Shown here one piece after another: positions 44,577 to 54,958 of a stretch of 64,000 nt of DNA. The position numbers and the translations under genes are program-made. The stretch covers positions 9,874 to 73,873 of the forward strand of contig CACIJH010000006.1 of assembly GCA_902586905.1 (NCBI GenBank). Reading direction: 5' to 3'. Below the pieces are notes generated by a model, which was not told the DNA's origin, made no database searches, and saw nothing but the letters and a program-made list of their open reading frames with translations. The stretch's first letter is position 1, and each line of letters opens with the position of its first letter. The DNA is from an uncultured Bacteroidota bacterium. Lineage in GTDB: Bacteria > Bacteroidota > Bacteroidia > Flavobacteriales > Flavobacteriaceae.

Positions 44577-46766
44577 CTATTCATTTATGGTTAAACGTAA
44601 TACAGAACAAACCGAGTTTTTGACAAATCGGTCAGACTTTAAACCAAGCAATACATTATACCAAGCACTTTTTTCCTGAGAACCAATGATGAGTAAATCA
44701 TAGCTGGCAGAGACCTCAGATATAACCCCAACCACATCGTTGCTTCGAATGACCAAACTATCTTCTTCACGAGAAAAACTCCTCAGCAATTCTTTGTTAC
44801 TATTATGAAGTTTTGTCTCTTGACTTTTCGACGCATCTTTGCTAATGACGTTCAACAATGTTAAGCTAGCACCGTAGTATTTACAAACATTATCTGCCAC
44901 ACGAATAAACTTATTCCCTTGGCGACCAGGCCTCACAGCCAGAACAATTTTTGAGATGTTCCGAACACCATTGTCCTTAAATAAAGCAAGACTAGCATTG
45001 ATATTTTTGATGACCCATCCCACAGGATTTCGAACCAAAATACCTGCGTTTTCTCGGCCACCCCAACCCATCACCAACCACTCACACTTCTGAACAGAAG
45101 TAATGTTTTTGATGGTGTTTACAACATCGTGAGTTGGCAAACTTTCAAAAGTAACATTGGTATTTTTCGTTTGTTTGAGGGATAAGATTCGCCGTTTGAC
45201 AGACTCGTCTTTGGGTGTGACCAAATCCACATCTTCCAAAAACGTTTGGTCTGGTGCTTCTATGATGTTGATGGCATTAATACTGTTTGTTGGATTGATA
45301 GAAGACGCAACTTCTACAATCATTTCAGGAGAGGTTTCGTCACCCAGCAGTGGCACAACGATCTGAGAATCAGAACTATAGATACCTTCAATTACTTCTT
45401 CCTGTTCGAGACTGATATCAGACGACCCACCTCGCTTTCCACGAAACAGAAAAGAGAAGACCCCATAGTTGGACAACAACCCACTGCGATTTGTTTTTCG
45501 CCCATAGGCAAGGAATACTAAAAAACCAATGACAAAGACAGCCAACACTGACAACAACGCTTGAAGCCCTAAAAAAGCCAGAAGAAACAAACCACTTAGA
45601 ATGCCGAAAATCTGCACAAAAGGGTAGAGTGGAGATTTGTATTTGGGACGATACCACTGGGCGTTGGTTTCTCTAAAAACAATCACAGCTAGGTTGACAG
45701 AAACAAACATTAAGACCTTGAAGGCACTGGCGAGTTTTGCGATTTTAACCACATCTAAAAAGACAATTGCCAACCCAATCGCAACAGCAGTGACAACAAT
45801 CGAGAAAACAGGGGTCATATATTGTTTACTGATCGAGGTAAAGACTGACGGCAAAGCGCCATCACGCGCCATTGCAAACGGGAATCGTGAGGAGGCAAGC
45901 AATCCAGAGTTTGCCATAGAGAGCAGCGTCATAACCCCAACAACACCTGCAATGTATCCAGCAATTGGCCCACCGATTTCGGCAGCAGCAGTATAAATAG
46001 GTCGGATGTCAGTGGCGAGTGTGTCACCATTGACAAAATTGACAAGTACCATCGACACACAAACATAAACAGCCATGATAAGCAGTAGTGAAATAATCAT
46101 GGTTAGGGGTAGATTTTTTTCTGGTTTTGAGATTTCACCAGCAATGGCAGCGATCTTGGTTACACCTGCATAAGAGATGTATAAAAAAGCAACACCACTA
46201 AAAAAACCTAGTGTTCCGTCGGACAAAAAAGCTGTGGGCGGAACAACACTAACGCTGTTGAACCCAAGGGCAATCAGCACCACCAATGAGGTGATGCTTA
46301 CACCAACAATAGCCAGTTGGGCATTACCCACTTTTTTTACACCAAATATGTTTAATATCAACACAAGAAGTAGGGAGACAATTGCCACGACAGTGGTGTA
46401 GAGTGAATCCAGTTCGACTAACACATATAAATAGGCACTCAGCCCTACGAGGGAGAATGCGCTTTTCAGCAGTAATGACAACCAAAGGCCTATACCTGAG
46501 ACTACCCCAAAAAGAGGACCAAAGGCACGATCGATATAGACATAAGTACCTCCTGATTTGGGCATAGCAGTAGCCAGCTCGGCCTTTGATAAAACAGCAG
46601 GGATGATGCAAATTCCTGCCACCAAAAAAGCCAATGAAACAGATGGGCCTGTGATGCCAAAAGCAACACCAGGCAAAACAAAAATACCACTGAGCATTCC
46701 CCCAATACTGATGGCAATGGCAGAAGGCAAACTCAATGTGCGTATAAGTGTTGTCTTGCTTTTCAT
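44577..46766 (-). CDS. APC-superfamily amino-acid permease fused to C-terminal tandem universal-stress-protein (Usp)-like domains
   Basis: The N-terminal ~430 aa have 12 TM helices and the APC-like start LSLPSAIAISIGGMLSGIFVLPG. The C-terminal ~290 aa are soluble, with two alpha/beta units ending in LLIIGSQEKS...GL, a Usp-like signature. Confidence 0.8.
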   Translation of the reverse strand: MKSKTTLIRTLSLPSAIAISIGGMLSGIFVLPGVAFGITGPSVSLAFLVAGICIIPAVLSKAELATAMPKSGGTYVYIDRAFGPLFGVVSGIGLWLSLLLKSAFSLVGLSAYLYVLVELDSLYTTVVAIVSLLLVLILNIFGVKKVGNAQLAIVGVSITSLVVLIALGFNSVSVVPPTAFLSDGTLGFFSGVAFLYISYAGVTKIAAIAGEISKPEKNLPLTMIISLLLIMAVYVCVSMVLVNFVNGDTLATDIRPIYTAAAEIGGPIAGYIAGVVGVMTLLSMANSGLLASSRFPFAMARDGALPSVFTSISKQYMTPVFSIVVTAVAIGLAIVFLDVVKIAKLASAFKVLMFVSVNLAVIVFRETNAQWYRPKYKSPLYPFVQIFGILSGLFLLAFLGLQALLSVLAVFVIGFLVFLAYGRKTNRSGLLSNYGVFSFLFRGKRGGSSDISLEQEEVIEGIYSSDSQIVVPLLGDETSPEMIVEVASSINPTNSINAINIIEAPDQTFLEDVDLVTPKDESVKRRILSLKQTKNTNVTFESLPTHDVVNTIKNITSVQKCEWLVMGWGGRENAGILVRNPVGWVIKNINASLALFKDNGVRNISKIVLAVRPGRQGNKFIRVADNVCKYYGASLTLLNVISKDASKSQETKLHNSNKELLRSFSREEDSLVIRSNDVVGVISEVSASYDLLIIGSQEKSAWYNVLLGLKSDRFVKNSVCSVLRLTINE

Positions 46767-46817
46767 TTCACTTGAAAAGTACTAAATAAATTTTGATTGT
46801 AGAGGGTGATAATAAAC

Positions 46818-47837
46818 TTAGTCGTTTAACTGAAGCACAGCCATAAACGCTTGTTGTGGAATTTCGACATTACCCACCTGGCGCATTTTCTTTTTTCCTT
46901 TTTTCTGTTTTTCAAGTAGTTTTCGCTTTCGAGTGATGTCCCCACCATAACACTTGGCAGTTACATCTTTTCGAACAGCCTTGATAGTCTCGCGCGAAAT
47001 AATTTTTGCGCCGATCGCTGCTTGAATTGGAATGTCAAACTGTTGCCTTGGGATCAAATCCTTGAGCTTTTCACACATTTTCTTTCCTAGTGTATAGGCA
47101 TTGTCAGCATGCACCAAGGCCGAGAGGGCATCAACAGCATTGCCATTGAGCAAGATATCTACTTTCACTAGCTTGGATGTGCGCAAGCCAATAGGGCTAT
47201 AATCAAAAGAGGCATACCCACGTGAGACAGACTTTAGACGGTCGTAAAAATCAAAAACAATCTCTGCCAAAGGCATATCAAAAGACAACTCCACTCGCTC
47301 AGGAGTCAGATAGGTTTGGTTGGTGATTTGCCCTCGCTTTTCAATACACAAGCCCATGACATTTCCAACATAACCTGCTTTGGTGATGACAGATGCTTTG
47401 ATAAAAGGCTCTTCCACATGATCGAGAACAGAAGGCTCTGGTAGATCAGTTGGGTTGTTGACCAATATAATTTCATCAGGCTTCTTTTTGGTGAAGGCGT
47501 GATAGGACACGTTGGGAACAGTAGTAATCACTGACATATCAAATTCACGCTCCAGTCTCTCTTGAATGATTTCTAAGTGCAACATACCCAAAAAGCCACA
47601 TCGAAAACCAAACCCAAGTGCAGCCGAGCTTTCGGGCTGAAAGACCAAAGAAGCATCGTTGAGCTGTAGTTTTTCCATCGAGTTTCTCAATTCCTCATAG
47701 TCTTCAGTATCAACAGGATATATCCCAGCAAAAACCATTGGTTTGACCTCTTCAAAACCATCAATGGGGGCGTCGGTAGGTGTGGCTGCCAAAGTAATTG
47801 TGTCACCAACTTGCACCTCTTTTGCCTCATGGTTCAC
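46818..47837 (-). pseudogene. lepA: 5'-truncated elongation factor 4 (LepA): only domains II-V/CTD remain
   Basis: The translation begins ..[35 protein letters not shown] and ends ..[18 protein letters not shown]. The whole GTPase domain is missing, and an in-frame TGA lies 2 codons upstream of the first Met. Confidence 0.85.
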
Positions 47838-48040
47838 ATCAGTTCAATGTCACCCATCAGCTCTACGAGTTAGTGGTTTTGAGTGTTCCGCAAAAGCGCG
47901 TACACCCAGGCGTTGAAGATGGCAGTTTGAATTCAGAAGTTCTCGATAAACTTGATCAACTCAAGCCCTCATCGAACATCCACGCATCACAAAGTGAAAC
48001 AGACCCACGTTGGGATGCATTGAAAAAATTAAAAAAGTAA
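47838..48040 (+). pseudogene. 5'-truncated YceD/DUF177-family gene (C-terminal ~65 codons only)
   Basis: The translation [29 protein letters not shown]...ETDPRWDALKKLKK* matches the C-terminus of the DUF177 protein that normally precedes rpmF. There is no N-terminal part or credible start. Confidence 0.65.
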
Positions 48041-48043
48041 AGT

Positions 48044-48238
48044 ATGGCACATCCTAAACGAAAAATATCCAAAACGCGTCGCGACAAACGCCGAACGCAT
48101 TACAAAGCCACGAGCCCACAGATTGCTGTTTGCTCAACAACTGGCGAGTCGCATCTATACCATCGTGCGCATTGGCATGAAGGAAAATTGTATTACAGAG
48201 GGAAAGTGCTTATCGACAGCACTACCGAAACAGCTTAA
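48044..48238 (+). CDS. rpmF: 50S ribosomal protein L32
   Basis: [29 protein letters not shown]. 64 aa. Confidence 0.95.
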   Translation: MAHPKRKISKTRRDKRRTHYKATSPQIAVCSTTGESHLYHRAHWHEGKLYYRGKVLIDSTTETA

Positions 48239-48260
48239 AAGCTGATTGATCTTACTAATT

Positions 48261-48289
48261 AAACGCCTTTCGGGGCGTTTTTTATTTTT
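48261..48289 (+). terminator. Rho-independent terminator after rpmF
   Basis: Stem AAACGCC / GGCGTTT with a TTTCGG loop, followed by a T-run. Confidence 0.7.
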
Positions 48290-48385
48290 CAAAAAATCCA
48301 AAAAAAACAAGTTTTTTGTCTAAAAATGATCAATTTTTAGTAATTTTCGCCCCAATTTGCGTCATTTTTAACTAAAACAGCGCAT

Positions 48386-49378
48386 ATGTCAAAAGGACGA
48401 ACCGCAGCTATTACAGCCGTGGGAGCTTATGTTCCCGACCAAGTGCTCTCCAATACAGATTTAGAGCAAATGGTTGACACTTCCGATGAGTGGATTCGCT
48501 CGCGAACAGGAATTTCGGAGCGGAGGATGTTGAAAGACAAACCCACTTCGTTTATGGCCATTCAAGCTGCGAAAAATCTCATCGAGCGTTCGTCGATCGA
48601 TCCAAAAACCATTGATCTTGTTCTTGTCAGTACCTCAACACCTGATATGGTGATTGCAGCAACTGCAGCCCATGTGGCAACTGAAATTGGGGCAACAGCT
48701 GCTTTTGGCTATGACTTACAAGCGGCGTGCTCGGGCTTTCTTTATGGGATGTCCACTGCTGCTGCTTATGTCAGTTCGGGGCGCTACCAGCGTGTGTTGC
48801 TGATCGGAGCAGATAAAATGTCATCGATTATTGACTATAAGGATCGTACCACTTGTATCATATTTGGAGATGGTGCAGGTGCTGCGTTGTTCGAGCCAAA
48901 TGACGAAGGACTTGGAATGATAGACGAGCACTTCCGCTCCGACGGAATTGGGCGTGATCACCTCTATATCGAGGCCGGAGGGTCGATGCTACCGGCATCA
49001 TCAGAAACAGTTTCGAATGGGCAACATTTTTTGCGCCAAGATGGCAAAACAGTTTTTAAATTTGCTGTTTCTAATATGTCAGAAGCAACGACCAAATTGA
49101 TGGAACGAAATGAACTGGTTTCAGAAGACATTGATTTTTTTGTACCTCATCAGGCCAACCAAAGAATCATAGACGCGACAGCACAGCGCGCGGGGATTGA
49201 GCCCGAAAAAGTGCTATCCAACATATCATCTTACGGCAATACAACTGCCGCAACCCTACCACTGATTTTATCAGATTTCGAAGATCGCTTTCAAAAAGGA
49301 GACAACATTATGTTTGCTGCTTTTGGAGGTGGATTCACGTGGGGTGCAGCATGGCTCAAATGGGCTTATAATACTTAA
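48386..49378 (+). CDS. fabH: 3-oxoacyl-ACP synthase III
   Basis: Active-site context AACSGFLYG, with the HQAN and GNTTAAT motifs. 330 aa. Confidence 0.95.
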   Translation: MSKGRTAAITAVGAYVPDQVLSNTDLEQMVDTSDEWIRSRTGISERRMLKDKPTSFMAIQAAKNLIERSSIDPKTIDLVLVSTSTPDMVIAATAAHVATEIGATAAFGYDLQAACSGFLYGMSTAAAYVSSGRYQRVLLIGADKMSSIIDYKDRTTCIIFGDGAGAALFEPNDEGLGMIDEHFRSDGIGRDHLYIEAGGSMLPASSETVSNGQHFLRQDGKTVFKFAVSNMSEATTKLMERNELVSEDIDFFVPHQANQRIIDATAQRAGIEPEKVLSNISSYGNTTAATLPLILSDFEDRFQKGDNIMFAAFGGGFTWGAAWLKWAYNT

Positions 49379-49399
49379 TAAAAACAATAACAAAACAAT

Positions 49400-49882
49400 A
49401 TGGAACTCAAAGAAATCCAAAATCTAATCAAGTTTGTCGCAAAATCAGGCGTAAACGAAGTACACGTCGAAATGGGCGAGACTAAAGTCACCATCAAAAC
49501 AGGTGGAGACGTGGTGCAACAAGTGGTCACTGCTCCTGCTGCGATTGAAGTCGCAACACCAGCAGCTCCTGTGGCAGCACCAGCACCTGCTTCAGAGCCA
49601 GCACCACCAGCGCCAGCAGCTGCGACAACAGAAAATGATAATCATATCACAATCAAATCACCTATTATTGGAACCTTTTATCGCAAACCATCTCCCGATA
49701 AACCTAATTTTGTAGAGGCTGGTGATCAAGTCAATGAAGGTGATGTCCTTTGTGTGGTTGAGGCAATGAAGCTGTTTAATGAAATTGAGTCTGAAGTGTC
49801 AGGGACTATTGTCAAGGTTCTTGTGGATGACTCTTCACCAGTTGAGTTTGATCAACCACTGTTTATCGTTGACCCATCTTAA
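49400..49882 (+). CDS. accB: Acetyl-CoA carboxylase biotin carboxyl carrier protein
   Basis: Ala/Pro-rich linker and the biotinylation motif VEAMKLFNEIE. 160 aa. Confidence 0.95.
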   Translation: MELKEIQNLIKFVAKSGVNEVHVEMGETKVTIKTGGDVVQQVVTAPAAIEVATPAAPVAAPAPASEPAPPAPAAATTENDNHITIKSPIIGTFYRKPSPDKPNFVEAGDQVNEGDVLCVVEAMKLFNEIESEVSGTIVKVLVDDSSPVEFDQPLFIVDPS

Positions 49883-49900
49883 CCATCAAACCAAACATAG

Positions 49901-51244
49901 ATGTTTAACAAAATTCTTATCGCCAATCGTGGCGAAATCGCTTTACGAGTGATTCGTACCTGCCGTGAAATGGGTATTGGAACAGTTGCTGTTTATTCAA
50001 AAGCAGATGAAGAAAGCTTGCACGTTAAGTTTGCAGATGAAGCTGTTTGTATTGGTCCTGCACCGAGTTCGGAATCGTATCTAAAAATTCCAAATATCAT
50101 TGCAGCAGCCGAAATCACAAATGCCGATGCCATTCACCCTGGCTATGGTTTTTTATCAGAAAACGCCAAGTTTTCCAAAATTTGTGATGAGCATAAGATC
50201 AAATTTATTGGGGCTTCTGCAGACATGATCAGCAAAATGGGAGACAAGGCAACAGCAAAGGCCACAATGAAAGCTGCTGGAGTGCCAACCATTCCTGGTT
50301 CAGATGGCCTAATCAAGGACTTTACACAGTGTAAAAAACTCGCCAAAAAAGTGGGATACCCTGTAATGCTTAAAGCAACAGCTGGCGGCGGTGGAAAAGG
50401 GATGCGCGCAGTTTGGTCAGAAGAAGACCTTCAAAAAGCATGGGATAGCGCTAGGCAAGAAGCCAAGGCGTCTTTTGGCAACGATGGGATGTATATGGAA
50501 AAGCTCATTGAGGAGCCACGTCATATCGAAATACAAGTCGTTGGGGATTCGTTTGGAAAGGCATGCCACTTATCGGAAAGAGATTGCTCTGTTCAGCGTC
50601 GTCATCAAAAATTGACCGAGGAAACACCCTCTCCATTTATGACCGATGAACTAAGAGAAAAAATGGGGAAAGCCGCTGTGAAAGCTGCCGAATATATCAA
50701 ATATGAAGGTGCAGGTACAGTGGAGTTTTTGGTTGACAAACATCGCAATTTCTATTTTATGGAGATGAACACTCGGATTCAGGTCGAGCACCCAATCACC
50801 GAGCAAGTCATCGATAATGACCTCATTGCAGAGCAGATCAAAGTCGCAGCTGGTCATCGACTGAGTGGTAAGGATTATTATCCAAAACTACACTCGATTG
50901 AGTGCCGCATCAATGCTGAAGATCCCTTTAACGATTTTCGTCCATCTCCAGGGGTTATTCAAACCCTTCACACGCCTGGTGGTCATGGTGTTCGTTTGGA
51001 CACCCATGTGTATGGAGGTTATGCGATTCCACCCCACTACGATTCGATGATTGCCAAGTTGATCACCACTGCACAAACGCGGGAAGAGGCAATCAATAAA
51101 ATGAAACGTGCTCTCGACGAATTTGTCATAGAAGGAATTAAAACCACCATTCCTTTTCATCGTCAGTTGATGGATCATCCTGACTATGTGGCGGGAAATT
51201 ACACAACGAAGTTTATGGAAGACTTTGAAATGAAACAGGTGTAA
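49901..51244 (+). CDS. accC: Acetyl-CoA carboxylase biotin carboxylase subunit
   Basis: [39 protein letters not shown]. 447 aa. Confidence 0.97.
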   Translation: MFNKILIANRGEIALRVIRTCREMGIGTVAVYSKADEESLHVKFADEAVCIGPAPSSESYLKIPNIIAAAEITNADAIHPGYGFLSENAKFSKICDEHKIKFIGASADMISKMGDKATAKATMKAAGVPTIPGSDGLIKDFTQCKKLAKKVGYPVMLKATAGGGGKGMRAVWSEEDLQKAWDSARQEAKASFGNDGMYMEKLIEEPRHIEIQVVGDSFGKACHLSERDCSVQRRHQKLTEETPSPFMTDELREKMGKAAVKAAEYIKYEGAGTVEFLVDKHRNFYFMEMNTRIQVEHPITEQVIDNDLIAEQIKVAAGHRLSGKDYYPKLHSIECRINAEDPFNDFRPSPGVIQTLHTPGGHGVRLDTHVYGGYAIPPHYDSMIAKLITTAQTREEAINKMKRALDEFVIEGIKTTIPFHRQLMDHPDYVAGNYTTKFMEDFEMKQV

Positions 51245-51264
51245 TCCAATAATTCAACCCAATC

Positions 51265-51292
51265 AAAAAGCCCTCAACTGAGGGCTTTTTTT
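51265..51292. terminator. Bidirectional intrinsic terminator between accC (+) and asd (-)
   Basis: AAAAAGCCCTCA-ac-TGAGGGCTTTTT gives a GC-rich stem flanked by an A-run and a T-run, so it can terminate on both strands. Confidence 0.75.
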
Positions 51293-51303
51293 CATCCATA
51301 TCT

Positions 51304-52284
51304 TTATGATTTTTGAATGAGATATTCAGCGATTTGAACTGTATTTGTCGCAGCACCTTTGCGAAGGTTGTCAGCAACAATCCATAGGTTCAGCCCCTTT
51401 TCTTGAGATTCGTCTTTTCGAATACGCCCGACAAATACGTCGTCTTTTCCTTCTGCGTCGAGTGGCATGGGGTAGCCATTGTTGTCTAGATCATCAATCA
51501 CCACCACTCCTGGAGTGTTGTTGAGAAGCTCTCGAACCTCATCCAAGTCTGCTGCTTGAGAAAGGGTGAGGTTGACCGATTCGCTATGACCTCCAACCAC
51601 AGGAATCCGCACAGCTGTTGCGGTCACTTTGATATTGGGATCCAAAATTTTGTGTGTTTCATGGACCAATTTCATTTCCTCTTTGGTATATCCATTGTCC
51701 ATAAAAACATCACAGTGTGGAAGTGCATTGCGATGAATAGGGTGGGGATAAGCCTTTTCGCCATCAACTCCCTCGTATTCGTTTTCCAATTGTTGTACTG
51801 CTTTGACTCCTGTACCTGTGATTGATTGATAGGTTGAAACAACAACTCGCTCAATGCCATATCGCTTGTGTATGGGGGCCAGAGCCATCACCATTTGAAT
51901 CGTGGAACAGTTGGGATTGGCAATGATTTTATCATCGGGGGTAAGTTGATCTGCATTGATTTCTGGAACGATAAGCTTGTGATCGGGGTGCATTCGCCAG
52001 GCAGAGGAATTGTCAATGACAGTAGTACCCACAGCTGCAAATTTTGGTGCCCAGTCAAGAGATGTTTGTCCACCAGCCGAAAACAAGGCAAAGTCGGGTG
52101 CTTGCGCAACAGCATCTTCAAGACCAATCACAGTGTAGTCTTTTCCTTGAAAGCTAATTGTTTTACCTACCGAACGCGCCGAAGCGACAGGAAGGAATTC
52201 TGTGATGGGGAAGTTTCGCTCTTCAAGAACATTTCGCATGATTTCACCAACCATGCCTGTGACGCCGACAAGTGCAATTCTCAT
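51304..52284 (-). CDS. asd: Aspartate-semialdehyde dehydrogenase
   Basis: MRIALVGVTGMVG, NPNCSTI (active-site Cys) and QSITGTG. 326 aa. Confidence 0.95.
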   Translation of the reverse strand: MRIALVGVTGMVGEIMRNVLEERNFPITEFLPVASARSVGKTISFQGKDYTVIGLEDAVAQAPDFALFSAGGQTSLDWAPKFAAVGTTVIDNSSAWRMHPDHKLIVPEINADQLTPDDKIIANPNCSTIQMVMALAPIHKRYGIERVVVSTYQSITGTGVKAVQQLENEYEGVDGEKAYPHPIHRNALPHCDVFMDNGYTKEEMKLVHETHKILDPNIKVTATAVRIPVVGGHSESVNLTLSQAADLDEVRELLNNTPGVVVIDDLDNNGYPMPLDAEGKDDVFVGRIRKDESQEKGLNLWIVADNLRKGAATNTVQIAEYLIQKS

Positions 52285-52385
52285 TTGTTTGATTTTAGGT
52301 CAGCAAAAATAAAGATAAAACCAACACTGTGCGAGAAAAGTATTTGAAAAATCAAAAAAATAACAAAATGTTATAATTTTAACAA

Positions 52386-53474
52386 TTAAGAAATGATTAC
52401 TCTGGGAACGCGTTGTGAGATGGCAGTTAGCAACTCATAAGAAATGGTATCGGCATGTTCTGCGACGATTTCTGCGCTTGCATCAACACCACCAAAAATA
52501 ATGACTTCATCTCCTTCTTTGCAGTCGATACCTGTCACATCAACCATAATCATATCCATGCATACATTCCCCAAAATTGGTGCTTTTTGACCATGGATCA
52601 TAACTGCTCCTTTGCCTTTGCCATAGAGCCGTCCGATACCATCGGCATGACCAATGGGTAGGGTCGCAGATCGCGTTGGTTTGTTGGCAACAAACCCACG
52701 ATTATAGCCCACAGCATCTCCTGTCTTAACGTCATGAATTTGTGAAACAATTGTTTTTAACACCCCTACTGGTCGAAGTATTTTACTGACTTCCTCTTGA
52801 TTGCCATAGCCATATAACCCAATCCCACATCGAATCATATCATGATGGGCTTCGGGGTACTGAAAGACCCCAGAAGTGTTGAGCACATGATAAATGGGAT
52901 CGCTGCCAAAAATGGGCTTAAGCAGGTCAAATTGCGCAAGTTGTTTGAGAGTAAAAGCCCTTTCAGCGGGGTCTTCAGTGGCGGCGAGATGCGACAATAC
53001 ACCCTGTAAGTGAAAAGGGGAAGAGGCGAGATGTTGCTTGAGCGATGCCCCTTCATCAATCGAAAAGCCCAGGCGATGAAGACCTGTGTTGAACTTTAGA
53101 TGAATTGGGTAGGCTGTTGATTGTTGCTCGACCAACACTTTTTCAAGTGCATGCAGGATTCGCCAAGAATACACACAGGGTTCGAGTTGATGCTCAATCA
53201 AAGTAGATAGCTGATGCATTTGGGGGTGGAGCACCAAAATTGGAATTTGAACCCCAGCGTTGCGCAAGGCAACACCCTCACTGACATAGGCAACGCCGAG
53301 ATAATCGGCACCCTCTTTTTCCAAACAACGCCCAATAGCAGAAGCATCTGACCCATAGGCAAATGCTTTGACGACTGCTAATACTTTGGTGTGGGGTTGT
53401 AGTCGTTTTTTGATCTGCTGGAAGTTGTGACGTAGGGCGGGCAGATGGATTTCAAATCGTGTTGCTTCAGCCAC
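52386..53474 (-). CDS. alr: Alanine racemase
   Basis: PLP-lysine context LAVVKAFAYGSD and a C-terminal beta-domain with GNVCMDM. 362 aa. Confidence 0.93.
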   Translation of the reverse strand: MAEATRFEIHLPALRHNFQQIKKRLQPHTKVLAVVKAFAYGSDASAIGRCLEKEGADYLGVAYVSEGVALRNAGVQIPILVLHPQMHQLSTLIEHQLEPCVYSWRILHALEKVLVEQQSTAYPIHLKFNTGLHRLGFSIDEGASLKQHLASSPFHLQGVLSHLAATEDPAERAFTLKQLAQFDLLKPIFGSDPIYHVLNTSGVFQYPEAHHDMIRCGIGLYGYGNQEEVSKILRPVGVLKTIVSQIHDVKTGDAVGYNRGFVANKPTRSATLPIGHADGIGRLYGKGKGAVMIHGQKAPILGNVCMDMIMVDVTGIDCKEGDEVIIFGGVDASAEIVAEHADTISYELLTAISQRVPRVIIS

Positions 53475-54105
53475 TTTTTCTTTTTTTGTTTTCTTTCGAT
53501 TTATTAGGGCTTTTTTGTTTTGTTTTGCTCATTCCCGTCGTATGATAGTATGCTGCTCGACTGAGGGGTTCATATTCGCCAGTCTGTCCAAGAAACACTA
53601 AATTTTCATCGTCGGATTTACGAAAACTATACTGTGCAAGATTACCAGTGCGTGTGCATACAGCGTGAACTTTGGTGACGTATTCAGCAGTGGCCATCAA
53701 GTTGGGCATGGGGCCAAAAGGGTTGCCTTTATAATCCATATCCAAGCCAGCTACAATCACACGAATGCCTTTGTTGGCGAGGTCATTGCAAACCGAAACG
53801 ATTTCGTCATCAAAAAACTGCGCTTCGTCTATACCAACCACATCACAGTCATCGGCTAGAATGCGAATATTGGCAGCAGCAGGAACAGGGGTGGATCGGA
53901 TTTCATTGGCATCATGCGAAACCACTTTGTCATCATCATATCGATTGTCAACAGTTGGCTTAAAAATTTCGACTTTTTGTTTGGCAAACTGTGCTCTCTT
54001 CAATCGCCGAATGAGTTCTTCTGTTTTTCCTGAAAACATCGAACCACAGATGACTTCAATCCAACCGAACTGCTCTTCTTGATTAACTGTATTTTCGAGA
54101 AACAT
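53467..54105 (-). CDS. tdk: Thymidine kinase
   Basis: P-loop GSMFSGKTEEL, GIDEAQFF, and the zinc ribbon region C..TG. A Lys-rich C-terminal tail is present. Confidence 0.93.
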   Translation of the reverse strand: MFLENTVNQEEQFGWIEVICGSMFSGKTEELIRRLKRAQFAKQKVEIFKPTVDNRYDDDKVVSHDANEIRSTPVPAAANIRILADDCDVVGIDEAQFFDDEIVSVCNDLANKGIRVIVAGLDMDYKGNPFGPMPNLMATAEYVTKVHAVCTRTGNLAQYSFRKSDDENLVFLGQTGEYEPLSRAAYYHTTGMSKTKQKSPNKSKENKKRKSG

Positions 54106-54273
54106 AGTCTGTGATTTTATTGCTCACCTGCCACTCACAAAGGTATTAAAATCATAATACCCATGTAAGAACTGGGGATAAATAATCATAATGTTTTGGA
54201 AAGGAAGATGATTGCAAAAGAAATGACTTATCTTTAGTCCTCAACATATCCACCCCCACATAAATAAAAGACC

Positions 54274-54957
54274 TTGGAAATCCAGTCAACCACACTTTAT
54301 GTTGTTCCTACGCCGATTGGTAATTTGGCTGATATAACTCATCGTTCAATTCATGTTCTTTCACAAGTGGAGTTGATTTTGTGTGAAGACACACGGGTGA
54401 GTCAAAAGCTGCTCAAACATTACAATATCGATACGCCAACCAAGTCTTATCACATGCATAATGAGCACCGAACAGCTGATCGACTTGTCGAACAACTTCA
54501 GCAAGGGGTGTCAATGGCGTTGATTTCGGATGCTGGTACACCAGCGATTTCAGATCCTGGGTTTTTGTTGGTCAGGGCATGCTTACAATCAGGGGTCAAT
54601 GTCACCAGCCTTCCTGGGCCGACTGCCTTTGTGCCAGCATTGGTGCAGAGTGGATTTCCCACAGATCGCTTTGTTTTTGAAGGGTTTTTACCCCACAAAA
54701 AAGGGCGAAAGTCTAGACTATCTCAACTGGCTGAAGAAACCAAAACAATAGTATTATACGAGTCACCTCATCGTATTTTGAAAACCCTCGCACAATGCGC
54801 GCAAGTGATGGGACCCGACAGACAAGCATCGATTTCTAGAGAGCTGACCAAAGCTTTTGAGGAAACTGTACGAGGAACATTAGAAGAACTTGAAGCACAT
54901 TTTACTACACATACACCCAAAGGCGAATTTGTGCTTGTCATTCAAGGAAAAAACTGA
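54274..54957 (+). CDS. rsmI: 16S rRNA (cytidine1402-2'-O)-methyltransferase
   Basis: LYVVPTPIGNLADIT, ILCEDTR, ISDAGTPAISDPG and ESPHR motifs, with a TTG start. Confidence 0.9.
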   Translation: MEIQSTTLYVVPTPIGNLADITHRSIHVLSQVELILCEDTRVSQKLLKHYNIDTPTKSYHMHNEHRTADRLVEQLQQGVSMALISDAGTPAISDPGFLLVRACLQSGVNVTSLPGPTAFVPALVQSGFPTDRFVFEGFLPHKKGRKSRLSQLAEETKTIVLYESPHRILKTLAQCAQVMGPDRQASISRELTKAFEETVRGTLEELEAHFTTHTPKGEFVLVIQGKN

Positions 54958-54958
54958 T

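Noticed and set aside
49530-49640. Ala/Pro-rich repetitive stretch (APAAIEVATPAAPVAAPAPASEPAPPAPAAA)
   Set aside because: This is the normal flexible linker of biotin carboxyl carrier protein, not a DNA repeat element or a separate feature.
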